The notes below the pieces were generated by a model. It saw only the letters and a program-made list of their open reading frames with translations, did not search any database and was not told the origin of the DNA. Source: Macrostomum lignano (Eukaryota). Taken from it: DNA of 64,000 nucleotides. The DNA is taken from assembly GCA_002269645.1 (NCBI GenBank), contig NIVC01002449.1, positions 108,834-172,833 on the forward strand. The letters run 5' to 3'. Position 1 is the first letter of the stretch. Each line of letters starts with the position of its first letter. Both the position numbers and the translations under genes were made by a program. This document shows positions 1 to 13,098 of the stretch, in pieces.

Positions 1-3000
1 TTCAACACCATCATTTCCAATCAGAGTCGCCATCATCCTCACGACACCCAGTCGGCTCCCAACCCCCGGTCTGAGCTGTCGCAGCTGCAGCAGCAGCAGC
101 CGGGCTACGAGCCATTCGGTCGTCCAGGCGCCGGTGCGCCGTTGCGCGATCGCGACGGTCGCATCGTGCCGTCGGTGTTCGGCGCCACGGCGAAATTCGA
201 GGAGACGCCTGGCGAGAAGCAGAAGAAGGCTGAGGCGGCCAAAATTTACTCGCAAGAGCTGGGTTGGTTGCTAGGAGCAAATTCGTTAATTTAAATACGT
301 ACTGTATGTACTTTTATAGATTACACGACCATCCTTCATTGTCGATTCAGAGCGCGGCCTCATTGAGCAGAGCCTGAATAAGAGACTCGAGGAGCAGCAG
401 CGCAGAGCGCCGGTGAGTGTCCGCGTCTGTTTGTGTCTGCCCGTGTCTGCCTGCCTGTGTCTGCCTGTGTCTGCCTGTGTCTCCCCGTGTCTGCCTGCCT
501 GTGTCTGCCTGTGTCTGCCTGTGTCTGCCCGTGTCTGCCTGCCGGTGTCTGCCCGTGTCTGCCTGCGTCTGCTCGTGTCTGTCTGTGTGTGTCTGTCTGT
601 CTGTGTCTGCCTGTGTCTGTCTGTGTGTGGCTGTCTGTCTGTCTGTCTGTGTCTGCCTGTGCCTGTCTGTCTGTCTGTCTGCCTGTGTCTGTCCGTGTTT
701 GCCTGTGTCTGTCTTTGTCCGTCCGTGTCTTCCTGTGTCTGTTCGTGTCTGCCTGCGTCTGTCTGTGTCTGCCTGCGTCTGTCTGTGTCTGTCCGTGTCT
801 GCCTGCGTCTGTCCGTGTCTGCCTGCGTCTGCCTGTGTCTGCCTGCGTCTATCTGTGTCTGTCCGTGTCTGCCTGTGTCTGTCCGTGTCTGTCTGCGTCT
901 GTCTGTGTCGGCCTGCGTCTGTCTGTGTCTGTTCGTGTCTGCCTGCGTCTGTCTGTGTTTGCCTGTGTCTTTTCGCGTTGCCCTGTCTCTGTCTGTGTCT
1001 GTGTCTGTCTGTGTGTGTGTCTGTCTGTCTGTGTCTATCTGTGTCCGCCTCTGTCTGTCTGCCAGTCTGTCAAACAGAGCTCGCAACAAACCCTCAGATG
1101 GAGAACCCGATCGCAGATCAGCTGTCTCGCAGCTCGGTTGGCAAGCCGCCCCGCGATCCGCGAACCGGAGTCCTTCTGGATCAGCACCTGCCTTCCAGTG
1201 ACGTCACTCACATTAATTACAAAACTCCGAGGCACAAATTTCAGTCGATGACTGGCTATCAGGTGAGTGGACTGAGTAGGAAAGCATTCCAATGCATTCT
1301 AGTAGTTTCCGAAGCACTCTAGCAGTTTCCAAATCATTCTAGCAGTTTCCAAATCATTCTAGCAGCTTCCAAATTATTCTAGTAGTTTCCAAATCTATCT
1401 AGCAGTTTCCAAATCATTCTAGCAGTTTCCAAATTATTCTAGTAGTTTCCAAATCATTCTAGCAGTTTCCAAATTATTCTAGTAGTTTCCAGATCATTCC
1501 AGTATTTTCCAAATCATTCTAGTAGTTTCCTAATCATTCTAGCAGTTTCCAAATTATTCTAGTAGTTTCCAAATCATTCTAGCAGTTTCCAAATTATTCT
1601 AGCAGTTTCCAAATTATTCTAGTAGTTTCCTAATCATTCTAGTAGTTTCCAAATCATTCTAGTAGTTTCCAAATCATTCTAGTAGTTTCCAAATCATTCT
1701 AGTAGTTTCCAAATCATTCTAGTAGTTTCCTAATCATTCCAGTAGTTTCCTAATCATTCTAGTAGTTTTTAAAGCGCTCTAGTAGTTTCCTAATAATTAT
1801 AGTAGTGTCCTAAGCATTTTGGTAGTTTCCAAATCATTCTACTCGTTTTTAAATCATTCTAGTAGTTTCCAAAGCACTCCAGTAGATTCGAAAGCATTGT
1901 AGTAGTTTCCTAATAATTCCATTGGTTTCCAAATCATTCTAGTAGTTTCCAAAGCACTCCAGTAGATTCGAAAGCATTGTAGTAGTTTCCTAATAATTCC
2001 ATTGGTTTCCAAATCATTCTAGTAGTTTCCAAAGCATTCTTGTTGTGCCGAAAGTATTTTGGTAGTTATCAATGCATTCCAGTAGTTTTAAAAGAATTGC
2101 TGCAGTCATACCAACTCCAGCGCCCAATCCCTATTCAAAAACCACTCCGCAGCCCCTGCCAGCGTTCGTGCAGACAGCCAGCGGCTACGGCAGCGAGCTG
2201 GAGCAGGCCGCCATGGAACGGGCGGCAGCCAGACGAATCGACCGGGCTCGCGAGATGCACGAAGCTGACCGGCACGCCCAGGCGTTCGACAGGATGTTCG
2301 GCAGACCGGGAGCCGGGGCGCCGGTTCCAGCTGGCGCCAAGAAGGTCAATTTGGACAAGGCGCTGCACAACCCTGACGGAATGGTGAGCGCCGTATTTCA
2401 TAATAATGCGTAAAAAGTTGAACATTTTTTATTAGTAGTCTACTATCAGTAGAAATATAAGTAATCTGCTACCTAAATCGATCGAAATTCATGAGTTTCT
2501 TTTGTGTAAAAAACTACAGCGCAACGAGTACAAGAAAACTGTTGAGCATGTGACTCAAGTGCCAAGCACTTCTTACGTTCGCAATAACAACGGCAGTAAC
2601 CATGGCAACGCCTACCAGATTCAATCGAATGGTTCGGATGCCTATCGGGTAAGTTTGTGTTGATTTGGTTGATTTCTGTCACATTGCATCTGTGCTTGAC
2701 CCTTCATCTCTGCCTCAATTGACCCTTCATCTCTGCCCTACCGGGTAATTGACCCTTCATCTCTGCCCTACCGGGTAATTGACCCTTCATCTCTTCCACG
2801 ATTGACCCTTCACCTCTGCCCCAATTGACCCTTCATCTCTTCCCCAATTGACCCTTCATGTCTTCCCCAATTGACCCTTCATTTCTGCTTGACCCTTCAT
2901 CTCTGCCCCCCAATTGACCCTTCATCTCTGCCCCAATTGACCCTTCATCGCTTCCTTCAATTGACCCTTCATCTCTGCCCCAATTGACCCTTCATCTCTT

Positions 3001-3582
3001 CCTTCAATTGATCCTTCATCTCTGCCCCCAATTGACCCTTCATCTCTTCCTTCAATTGACCCTTCATCTCTTCCCCAATTGACCCTTCATGTCTTCCCCA
3101 ATTGACCCTTCATCTCTGCCCCTAATTGATCCTTCATCTCTACCCCAATTGACCCTTCATCTCTTCCTTCAATTGACCCTTCATCTCTGCCCCCAATTGA
3201 CCCTTCATCTCTGCCCCAATTGACCCTTCATCTCTTCCTTCAATTGATCCTTCATCTCTGCCCCCAATCGACCCTTCAGCTCTTCCACAATTGACCCTTT
3301 ATCTCTGCCCCTAATTGACCCTTCATCTCTGCCCCTAATTGACCCTTCATCTCTGCCCCTAATTGACCCTTCATCTCTTTCTTTAATTGACCCTTCATCT
3401 CTGCCCCCAATTGACCCTTCATCTGTTACTTGGCTTCCCTCCATCTATCTAAAACAACTCCTATTCCAAACGCGAATGCGTGACTATAAGTGATAATTAT
3501 TAAAGCTGGTCAAATATGCCTCAAAAATTTTCAGCAGCCCTACAATCTGCTGGCCCCGTACGCCATTCAAAAGCAGGCCTGA
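1..3582 (+). CDS. 3' part of a CSPP1/CCDC66-like centrosomal/ciliary coiled-coil protein (spliced, 5' incomplete). Exons approx. <1-262, 351-412, 1098-1262, 2153-2384, 3535-3582
   Basis: Frame 1 from base 1 reads ...GYEPFGRPGAGAPLRDRDGRIV...; a second FGRPGAGAP motif occurs at ~2295-2330. Both resemble the WGKGGGGAPLRD motif of CSPP1/CCDC66. GT-AG boundaries give a phase-consistent join ending QPYNLLAPYAIQKQA-TGA at 3580-3582. Exon model built by hand. Confidence 0.6.
413..1072. repeat. Degenerate GTCT/GTGTCTGCCT microsatellite filling an intron
   Basis: Low-complexity G/T/C repeat from the donor at 413 up to the next acceptor region. It explains the spurious V/C/L/S ORFs. Confidence 0.95.
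1298..2095. repeat. 20-bp intronic minisatellite (AGTAGTTTCCAAATCATTCT)n
   Basis: About 40 tandem copies, degenerating toward the 3' end. Confidence 0.95.
2696..3425. repeat. ~20-23-bp minisatellite (AATTGACCCTTCATCTCTGCCCC)n
   Basis: Tandem copies with the core TTGACCCTTCATCTCT. Confidence 0.95.
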
Positions 3583-4330
3583 TCCCAAACAACAAGCGGA
3601 TAGAGAGAGAGAAAGCTGAAGCTAACAAAGATAATTTCTGAGCAGCTGAATGGCTTGACCAGGGCATGCTGGCATTGGCGTGCACAAGAGAATACTTAAA
3701 ACTCATTGATTTTGTTAAAACTGCTTCCTTTATTAACGGTGTTATTTCGAAACTTAAAAAAAGTTTGTTTAATTTTTTTTATCTTTTTCAGCAATTATAA
3801 ATTGTTTTTAATGCTATTGTCAGTCTCTTAAAAGAGTTTTTGTAGTTTTTTGTAGTTTTTTTTCAAACTATTTTAATGACAGCTATGGGTCATTGACAAT
3901 AAACAGGATTATAACTATGGCTATGACCATTTAATGACTTTTTTGTTCATAGTGCTGACAGCTGTTTTGTGTATTTCAATGTATTCATTGTGCGTGTCCT
4001 GTCTGGTTCTTTTTGGCATGAAAAATTATAATGCACTGTTTCTAAACAGCATTATTTATATGATTTGTTGGCTTCTTGAAAACTCCAATATACAGGTAGC
4101 TCGTAGATATGTTCGAAGCATGACGTATTTTCAACTTTTTTTCCGAAACCTGTGTTTCTGAAACTATGAATTATGTTGATAAGAGCGAATTTTGAGTTAG
4201 TTACTCATTTTTTTTAAATACCAAAGACTCGAAGAGATTGAGATTTAGCAGTGGGTAGCAATCAATCACTGAAATCACAATTTAAACACACAAAACTGCA
4301 ATCGCTCAGCCAAATCACAATTTAGAAACC

Positions 4331-4565
<235 letters not shown>

Positions 4566-6311
4566 TCTACTGTCTGTGTGTTTACGTGGACTTTTTGGAA
4601 GTTCAGTAGCCTCGTTAGCTGGACCACCCGGTGTAGGTAGACCACTTAGGTGGACCACCAAATAATTTTGTCTCTGGTGGGGTTAAGACGTTGATGAGGA
4701 TCTCACATTAATGTCAGGCGGGTCAAGAAAGGCTTAAGCAATTTTGGGATGTCTAGCATGGTTTTTTCCAAAGTTATTTGCATTTCAGTTTAGCTGGACC
4801 TCCAGCCTGGTCTACCTAAACCGAGCGAGTCTGGTCCACGTAAACCGAAAAATTTTAGAAAATTTTTCGAAAATCGTCTGTTTGTGTCTGTTTGTGTCTG
4901 TTTGTGTCTGTTTGTGTATAGCAGTTATTAAGCATAGATTCAATGCAAAACTGAATTTTTTACAGATCATTACCTTACGAACAAAGGGCTATGTTGGCAT
5001 CATATTATGACCGCTACTGGCTTTAAAACAATATGCGTTCAGTTCTTTGACATTCAAGTAGGTACGCAGGTTAATTAAAAATTCTGAAATCTCGTATGCG
5101 AAATGAATTTGATACAGTAAACTTTAAACTCCATTTAATTAGCTCAGTTCCAGCAATTCCGGTATCGTACTCTGAGCACAGACTCACAGAGTAAGACACC
5201 AACGTAAAGAAATCCAATTCGCTAACCAGATCAAACGATAAAGACTCCGAGACAAGAAAGATATTTAAGTGAAGCCTAAACAGTATTCTTCAATGACTTC
5301 TCAAGAACTCCCAGTGGTCCTTGATAGCCACACTGTGTAAATGCGAATTTCTGAGGCTCTACCATTACACAAGAAGAAAATAGCAACTTCATGAATTAAG
5401 TGCTTGCCAATTCTATCCTAAACACTATGGGATATCCTGTTCTATCCTCCTCCAATGTTGGAAGAAGAAGATCCTAAGCTGCAGCCTTTCAAGTGCAAAG
5501 TTGAAGATGCAATTTACCTAATTGAAAAGGACAATTCATACATGTACATGCAAAAGATTTGATCAAGAGGACGCAATTAAGAAGGGCCTTTTAGCTAGCG
5601 ATCGGGTCTCTGACTCTCTAGCAAAAGGTCGACTTGATTGCGGTCCCAGTAAAACTAAGAACGCATTAACAGTCAGCCTAACACTCACTGTCTGTTTGGT
5701 CCACGTAAACACATGTGCAGGAGTATAGGGTTGGAACAGACAGACAGACAGACCTCCCTATCTATAATTGGCTGGTTAACACTTAGGAGGATAGATCCAC
5801 CCCAACAATGGGACCGACCGCAGCCAATAGGAAACCCGCAAGCGTTCTGAAGGTAAGACAGTGGAGAGAGGGATATATAATGTCTAAGCGGGTGGTCCAC
5901 GTAAACCATGGCGTAGTGAGACCAGACACAGACAGTTTAAAAGAAAGTACTTATAATCCATACTATACAACTCTAAAGGACTGCAATTGTATAGATTAGA
6001 ACGTTTTTTTATACTTAATAGGTCTAATGTTAATCCTTACTCCAAGTTTCATCCATATATAAATTTATTGTGCCAAAAACTGTAATCTACAACCAAGATA
6101 TGATGACCCGCAAAAAAGGACGCCAGGCCTAAAATAAAAACTAAAAAAACACCGTCGCAAAAAGCCACTGCGAAATCGAAGAAGCCGCATCGCCTGGTGA
6201 AAATCGCAAATCGCTCGCAAATCCGTCGACACCGAGTCCAGAAAAGTGAGTTTCGTTTGATGATCTCAAAGTAGCTAGCTGCAAGGCCTGCAACTCAATT
6301 GCTGTAGAGAA

Positions 6312-7718
6312 GCTGGTCCACCTAACCTACAGACACAACTGAATCAGCTCTCTCAGTCTGTTTGAGGCTTTGGCTCTCAGAAGGTGGTCCACCTAACCTA
6401 CAGACACAACTCGAACAGATTTCTCTGTCTGTTTGAGGCTCTGGCTCTCAGAGCCGCCGAGAAAGTTTAGTGCCGAGAATGCTTCATTTTGTTAGAATGC
6501 AATCAGAACATATTCCTAGAAAGTGAGCTAGTCCAGCATCAAGGCAGAACATCTGGATGTGTAACGAAAGTCTCTCGAAGACTCCTGGCTCAGATTATCG
6601 CCTAGAAGTGCTGTGGAGTAGCTGGTCCGCCTAACCTGCAGACACAACTCGAACAGATTTCTGTCTGTTTGAGGCTCTGGATCTCAGAGCCGCCGAGAAA
6701 GTTTAGTGCCGAGAATGCTTCAGTTTATTAGAATGCAATCAGAACATATTCCTAGAAAGTGAGCTAGTCCAGCATCAAGGCAGAACATCTGGATGTGTAA
6801 GGAGAGGCTCTCGGAGATTCCTGGCTCAGATTATCGCCTAGAAGTGCTGTGGAGTAGCTGGTCCGCCTAACCTACAGACACAACTCGAACAGATTTCTCT
6901 GTCTGCTTAGGGCTCTGGCTCTTAGGTGGTCCACATAACCTACAGACACAACTGAAGCAGCTCTCTCAGTCTGTTTGAGGATTTGGCTCTCAGTAGCTGG
7001 TCCACCTAACCTACAGACACAACTCGAACAGATTTCTCTGTCTGTTTAAGGCTCTGGCTCTCAGAGCCGCCGAGAAAGTTTAGTGCCGAGAATGCTTCAG
7101 TATGTTAGAATGCAATCAGAACAGATTCCTAGAAAGTGAGCTAGTCCAGCATCAAGGCAGAACATCTGAATGTGTAACGAGAGGCTCTCGGAGATTCCTG
7201 GCTCAGATTATCGCCTAGAAGTGCTGTGGAGTAGCTGGTCCACCTAACCTACAGACACAACTCGAACAGATTTCTGTCTGTTTGAGGCTCTGGCTCTTAG
7301 AGCCGCCGAGAAAGTTTAGTGCCGAGAATGCTTCAGTTTATTAGAATGCAATCAGAACAGATTCCTAGAAAGTGAGCTAGTCCAGCATCAAGGCAGAACA
7401 TCTGGATGTGTAAGGAGAGGCTCTCGGAGATTCCTGGCTCAGATTATCGCCTAGAAGTGCTGTGGAGTAGCTGGTCCACCTAACCTACAGACACAACTCG
7501 AACAGATTTCTGTCTGTTTGAGGCTCTGGATCTCAGAGCCGCCGAGAAAGTTTAGTGCCGAGAATGCTTCATTTTGTTAGAATGCAATCAGAACAGATTC
7601 CTAGAAAGTGAGCTAGTCCAGCATCAAGGCAGAACATCTGGATGTGTAACGAGAGGCTCTCGGAGATTCCTGGCTCAGATTATCGCCTAGAAGTGCTGTA
7701 GAATAGCTGGTCCACCTA
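6312..7718. repeat. ~235-bp satellite (left arm), with ~60-70-bp short subunits
   Basis: Monomer starts AGCTGGTCCACCTAACCTACAGACACAACTCGAACAG and ends ...GCCTAGAAGTGCTGTGGAGT. Confidence 0.97.
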
Positions 7719-7807
7719 CTTACTTACTTACTACTGACGGGGGGCGCAGGCGCCGCGAATAGGCCGCGAGGCCCCTATCGCAACCCCAAGGTAAAAGAGC
7801 ACAAGGA

Positions 7808-10800
7808 TTAGCCTTGGGGGTGCGCCCAGTCCCCGCCAGTAGTCGGCAGGTCCGCAGTGGAGGCATCGGCGACCCTCATCCGGCCGGAGTCCCGGACGAA
7901 GGCGCGGAGGTCTCGGATATTGTCCGCGGTGGTCAGCTCGTCCATCCGCTGGGGGTGGCCGAGGTATTTGTGCCGCGCCTTGTTGAAGTAAGGGCAGAAG
8001 GTGACGTGATGCTCCGCGGTCTCCTCTCCTATGCCACAGAAGGGACAGGTGGGAGGGCAACCGGTTTGCAACGATATATGTCTCTGGAAGAATCCGTGGC
8101 CGGTTAGGACCATGCACATCTCCCTGAGGTCGGTTCTGTTAAGCGAAATCAGATAATCAGAGACTTTCCTGTTCAGGTTAGGCATGGCAGAGCGGCTCTG
8201 CCTGTACTCGGTGCAGCTGTTCCAGTGGAGCTGGTGCTGCTGATGGAGCCACCTGTTGATATGGCGGGTGACTTGCGACCTGGGGGTGGGTAGCCTCATC
8301 AGACGGTGGTTGCCGTCTGGGTTGCTGCCCTCCTTGGCGAGAGAGTCCGCGAGCTCGTTGCCCAGGATGTTGCTGTGACCAGGTGTCCAGATAATTCTAA
8401 TCCTGTTAAGGACTGAGAGAGATTGCACACTGCGGTGGCATTGAGATACTGTAGCAGCGGAGATATTCTCAGTGGTTAAGGCCTTAATAGCAGCTTGGCT
8501 ATCAGTGTAGAAATTAATGTCAAAATTATTAATGTTCGCCTGAAACAGTTGCTGGGCACACTGCTCAATGGCGCAAATTTCAGCTTGGAAAACTGAGGTG
8601 TTCTCACCGAGGTGCAGACTTTCCTGGAGAAGCATCTTACCCTCGTGGAAAATGGCAATACCCGCTCCAGCGCGGCCGTTGAACAGCGAGCCGTCGGTGA
8701 AGCAGTGAATGCCCTGGCTGCGCCGGTTCACACCGACATCCAGCGGAATGTTGTCTCGGCCAGGGATGGCGGTCTTGAAGCCCCTCCTGATGTTGAGGGC
8801 GGGAGGTCGACTATCCACATTGCCCAGGTCCATGTGGATGTTGTTAAGGTCGCGGCGGACAAAGTCCATATGCGGGATTAATGTTTTCATTGGCATAAAG
8901 CCAGAGGGCGCGTTATTTAACGTTTTATCTCTGATAAGCCGGGAGGCAGACTTCATAGCCTCCGCCCTAATAAATAGGTGAAGCGGAGGTAGGTTAAGGA
9001 TAGTGTTCAGCCCCTCGTAAGGGGTGGACGGGTACGCACCTGTGATGGCACGGCAAATGCTGCCCTGAAGCTGGTACAGCCGCTGACGGGCGGCCTTCTG
9101 CTCCAGCACGCTAGTCCAGATGAGACTCGCGTATGTGATACTGGGCCGGATGATGCCGGTATAAATCCAACGGACCGTTCTAGGCGAGAGGCCCCAAGTC
9201 GGCCCGATGGCTCTGCGCAGCTGGGCAAAGCAGCGTTTTGCCCGACCGATGACGTTATCAAGGTGCTTCGTCCAGCGCAGGTCATGCGTTAGCGTCACAC
9301 CGAGGTATTTGACCTCCTTCTTGAAGGGGATGTTTCTGCCATAGACAGTGAGGTTTTTCATCTCCCATTTACGGCGCTTGGTGAAAACGACAGCGACAGT
9401 CTTAGTGACGCTGATTTTTAGGCCATGCTGTGTAGCCCAGTCGGCCGCCTTGTCGGCGAATTGCTGCATCAGGTTGCGCAGAGTGGCGGGGTCGGGTCCG
9501 CTGACGACCGCGGCAACGTCATCGGCGTAGCCCGCCCTGGTGATACTGCTGGGAATGTCAGCGGTTAGAAGTTCGTCCATGACGAGATTCCAGAGAAGTG
9601 GAGTTAGCACGCCACCTTGCGGGCCGCCTTTCATCACCGCCCGGGTGAGGGTAACGCCCATAAGTGTGGATGTCACAAACCTTTTGCGGATCATAAAATA
9701 AATCCAGCGAACAATGCTGTGTCTTACATTCCTGCGGGAAAGAGAATTTCTGAAGGAGCGGAAGAGGACATTGTCAAATGCTCCTTCGAAGTCAACGAAC
9801 AACCCGCAAGCGAGTTGTTTGCTAAGGATGGCACTCTCAATTTTGGAGGTAATGGCGTGGAGAGCATGCTCAGTCGTCCTCCCAGGCTGGAAGGCGTACT
9901 GGTACTTACTGACAGGGTCGGAGCGCAGGTCGCACTCTCGAAGCCTCCACAGGATGAGCCTCTCCATCAGCTTAACACAAAAGGAAGTGAGGCTGATGGG
10001 CCGGAAGGATTTCACGTTGGTGTAGTCACCCTTAGCAGGTTTCGGGATGAACACGACTCTGGACATTCTCCAGATTGTGGGAATGTAACCTGTGGTATAA
10101 CAGTCAACAAGCAATTTAGAGAAAGAATCAGCAAAGTTTTGCAGCTTTAGCGCCTCCTGCAGGATACAGGGGGCGATATTGTCAGGGCCAGACGATTTAT
10201 ACGGTTTAAAAGAATTTGCTGCCAGCTGGAGTAGCTGGGGGTGGCGCACTGCTGGAAAAGCTTGTGATCACAAGGCCTGTGGTCATCGACCACGTACTCC
10301 GGTTCGTCAACCTGCGGAAAGCAGGTGGAGAAAAGAAGATTTAGCGAACCTTCGGCACTGGTAGTGTAGTTACCATCCAGGTGCAGAAGGGAGTTACACT
10401 GAGCTAGCGTGTCGTGCCTGAGAGTCCTGACCAGCCGGGCTGTGGGGTGTTGCCCTTCCAGGCCGGCGCAGTAGGCTTTCCAGGTGGTCTTCTTAGCCCT
10501 TCGGATAGCACTTTTGTACATCCTCAGAGCAGAGTGGTAGTTCTCCCAATCCTCTGGGGTATTCGAGCCGTTTGCGAGGCGTTGCAGTCGGCGGGTGTTT
10601 TTCTTCATGCGAGTGAGCTCTTGACTCCACCAAGGAGAGTATTTCTTCCTGCAAAACAGCTTAGGGGCGTTAGCGCGTATGGCGGTGTTTAGGATCTCAA
10701 CGAGGGAGTTGCACCGATGCTCAATGCCAGGGAGATCCTCGCTGGAGTCCGGTAAGTTGGCTTCGGTCAGGAGTTTTAGCAGGTCTCTTCGAAAACCTGT

Positions 10801-11624
10801 CCAGTCGGCCTTTTTCAAATTAAGGCGGTCCCGGTTCTCATGACGGGCTCCGACGGAGCTGATGCTGTACTGAATGTACGAGTGGTCGGAAAGCGATGGG
10901 AGGTCATCCCTAACCAGCCAGCTGTGGACCTGATTGAGGGCGTTGTTGGAGACGAGAGTGAGGTCGATAACCTCACGCCGATTAGAGACAATAAATGTGG
11001 GTTTGCTGCCTCTGTTGCAAATGTGTAACGAGGAGGAGTTAATGAAATCAATTAGTAAGTCACCGCGCCTGTTAGTATCGCTACTAGACCAGGCAGTGTT
11101 GTGGGCGTTAGCATCGCAGCTAACGATAAGCTTCCGATCCTGGAGATTACAGAAGTCCGCCAGCTCCTGCAGGAGGGGGGGAGGGACGTCCTCCTGAATG
11201 TCCAGGTAAGCGGAAACGAAGGTCAAGTCAAAGACTGAGAAAGTACACATGTCTTTAGAGCAAAACATTGGCATAATAGTGGCCGGGAGGTCGTTTTTGA
11301 CGAGGGCGATAGCTCTGGGGGTGTCGTTCGCGCAGAGGTACAGAACCTGATAGCCTGGCGGCAGGCAGGTCGGCTTCCCCTTGCGGGTATACGGTTCCTG
11401 AATAAGGTAGATGTCAACTTCCTTGTTGGCAAAGGTGCCTGAAAGGTTGCTAGATGCTGCAAGGGCGTGGTGCAGGTTGATCTGAATAATGTGCAGGTTA
11501 ACAGGTTGGTTCGCCGGCGGCGGATTATTTATTTGGTTGCTGGTGGCAGTGTCATCATTGGGCTGGCCGTTAAGGTTCGCCCTCAGCGCCCCGCTCCTAG
11601 TTTGGCACGGGGTTGGGAACGGCA

Positions 11625-11625
<1 letters not shown>
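7808..11625 (-). pseudogene. LINE ORF2 (pol): AP endonuclease + reverse transcriptase + RNase H + zinc knuckle, split by a 1-nt frameshift at ~10237-10241
   Basis: ORF 10147-11625 has the APE motifs QINLHH, IQEPY, CDANAH, VIDLTL and SDH. ORF 7808-10249 has [52 protein letters not shown] and [18 protein letters not shown]. The join requires a sixth C in a C5 run. Confidence 0.9.
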
Positions 11626-12686
<1,061 letters not shown>

Positions 12687-13098
12687 TTATCCCAGGATTG
12701 CTCCCAGGCGAGGCTCCGGCAGGCCCCCGGTCCACACTCTGCAAGATCAGGGGGCGGGAGGCCGGCTGCGGGCTTGGGACACAGGCGCCAGGTCGAGTTG
12801 ACAGCCGACGCCCGAGCCCTCCCCCACAAGAGCGGCCCTCGAGAACCCGTGTGGTACCAGTTGCAACTAAGGGCTGTCGATGGGTAGTTGGCGCTTAGCC
12901 AGCAGCCAACTACTTAGCAGCCACCTGCCCCGCAAAAAAGCAGCAGGGGGGATCCGTCCCCCACCAGCAGACCAAGACGAGGAAGCTAGCCGCTTCCACG
13001 CCAGGCCAGAACGAAAAGGAGGGGGAAGAGCCTCCTCGAAAAACGAAAAGCTGGCGGATGTCACAGAGTCCCTCGGTTTAAGTTGCCGTTTGCCCCCC

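Noticed and set aside
286-1322. Long V/C/L/S and T/D/R/Q ORFs
   Set aside because: Translations of a GTCT-type intronic microsatellite.
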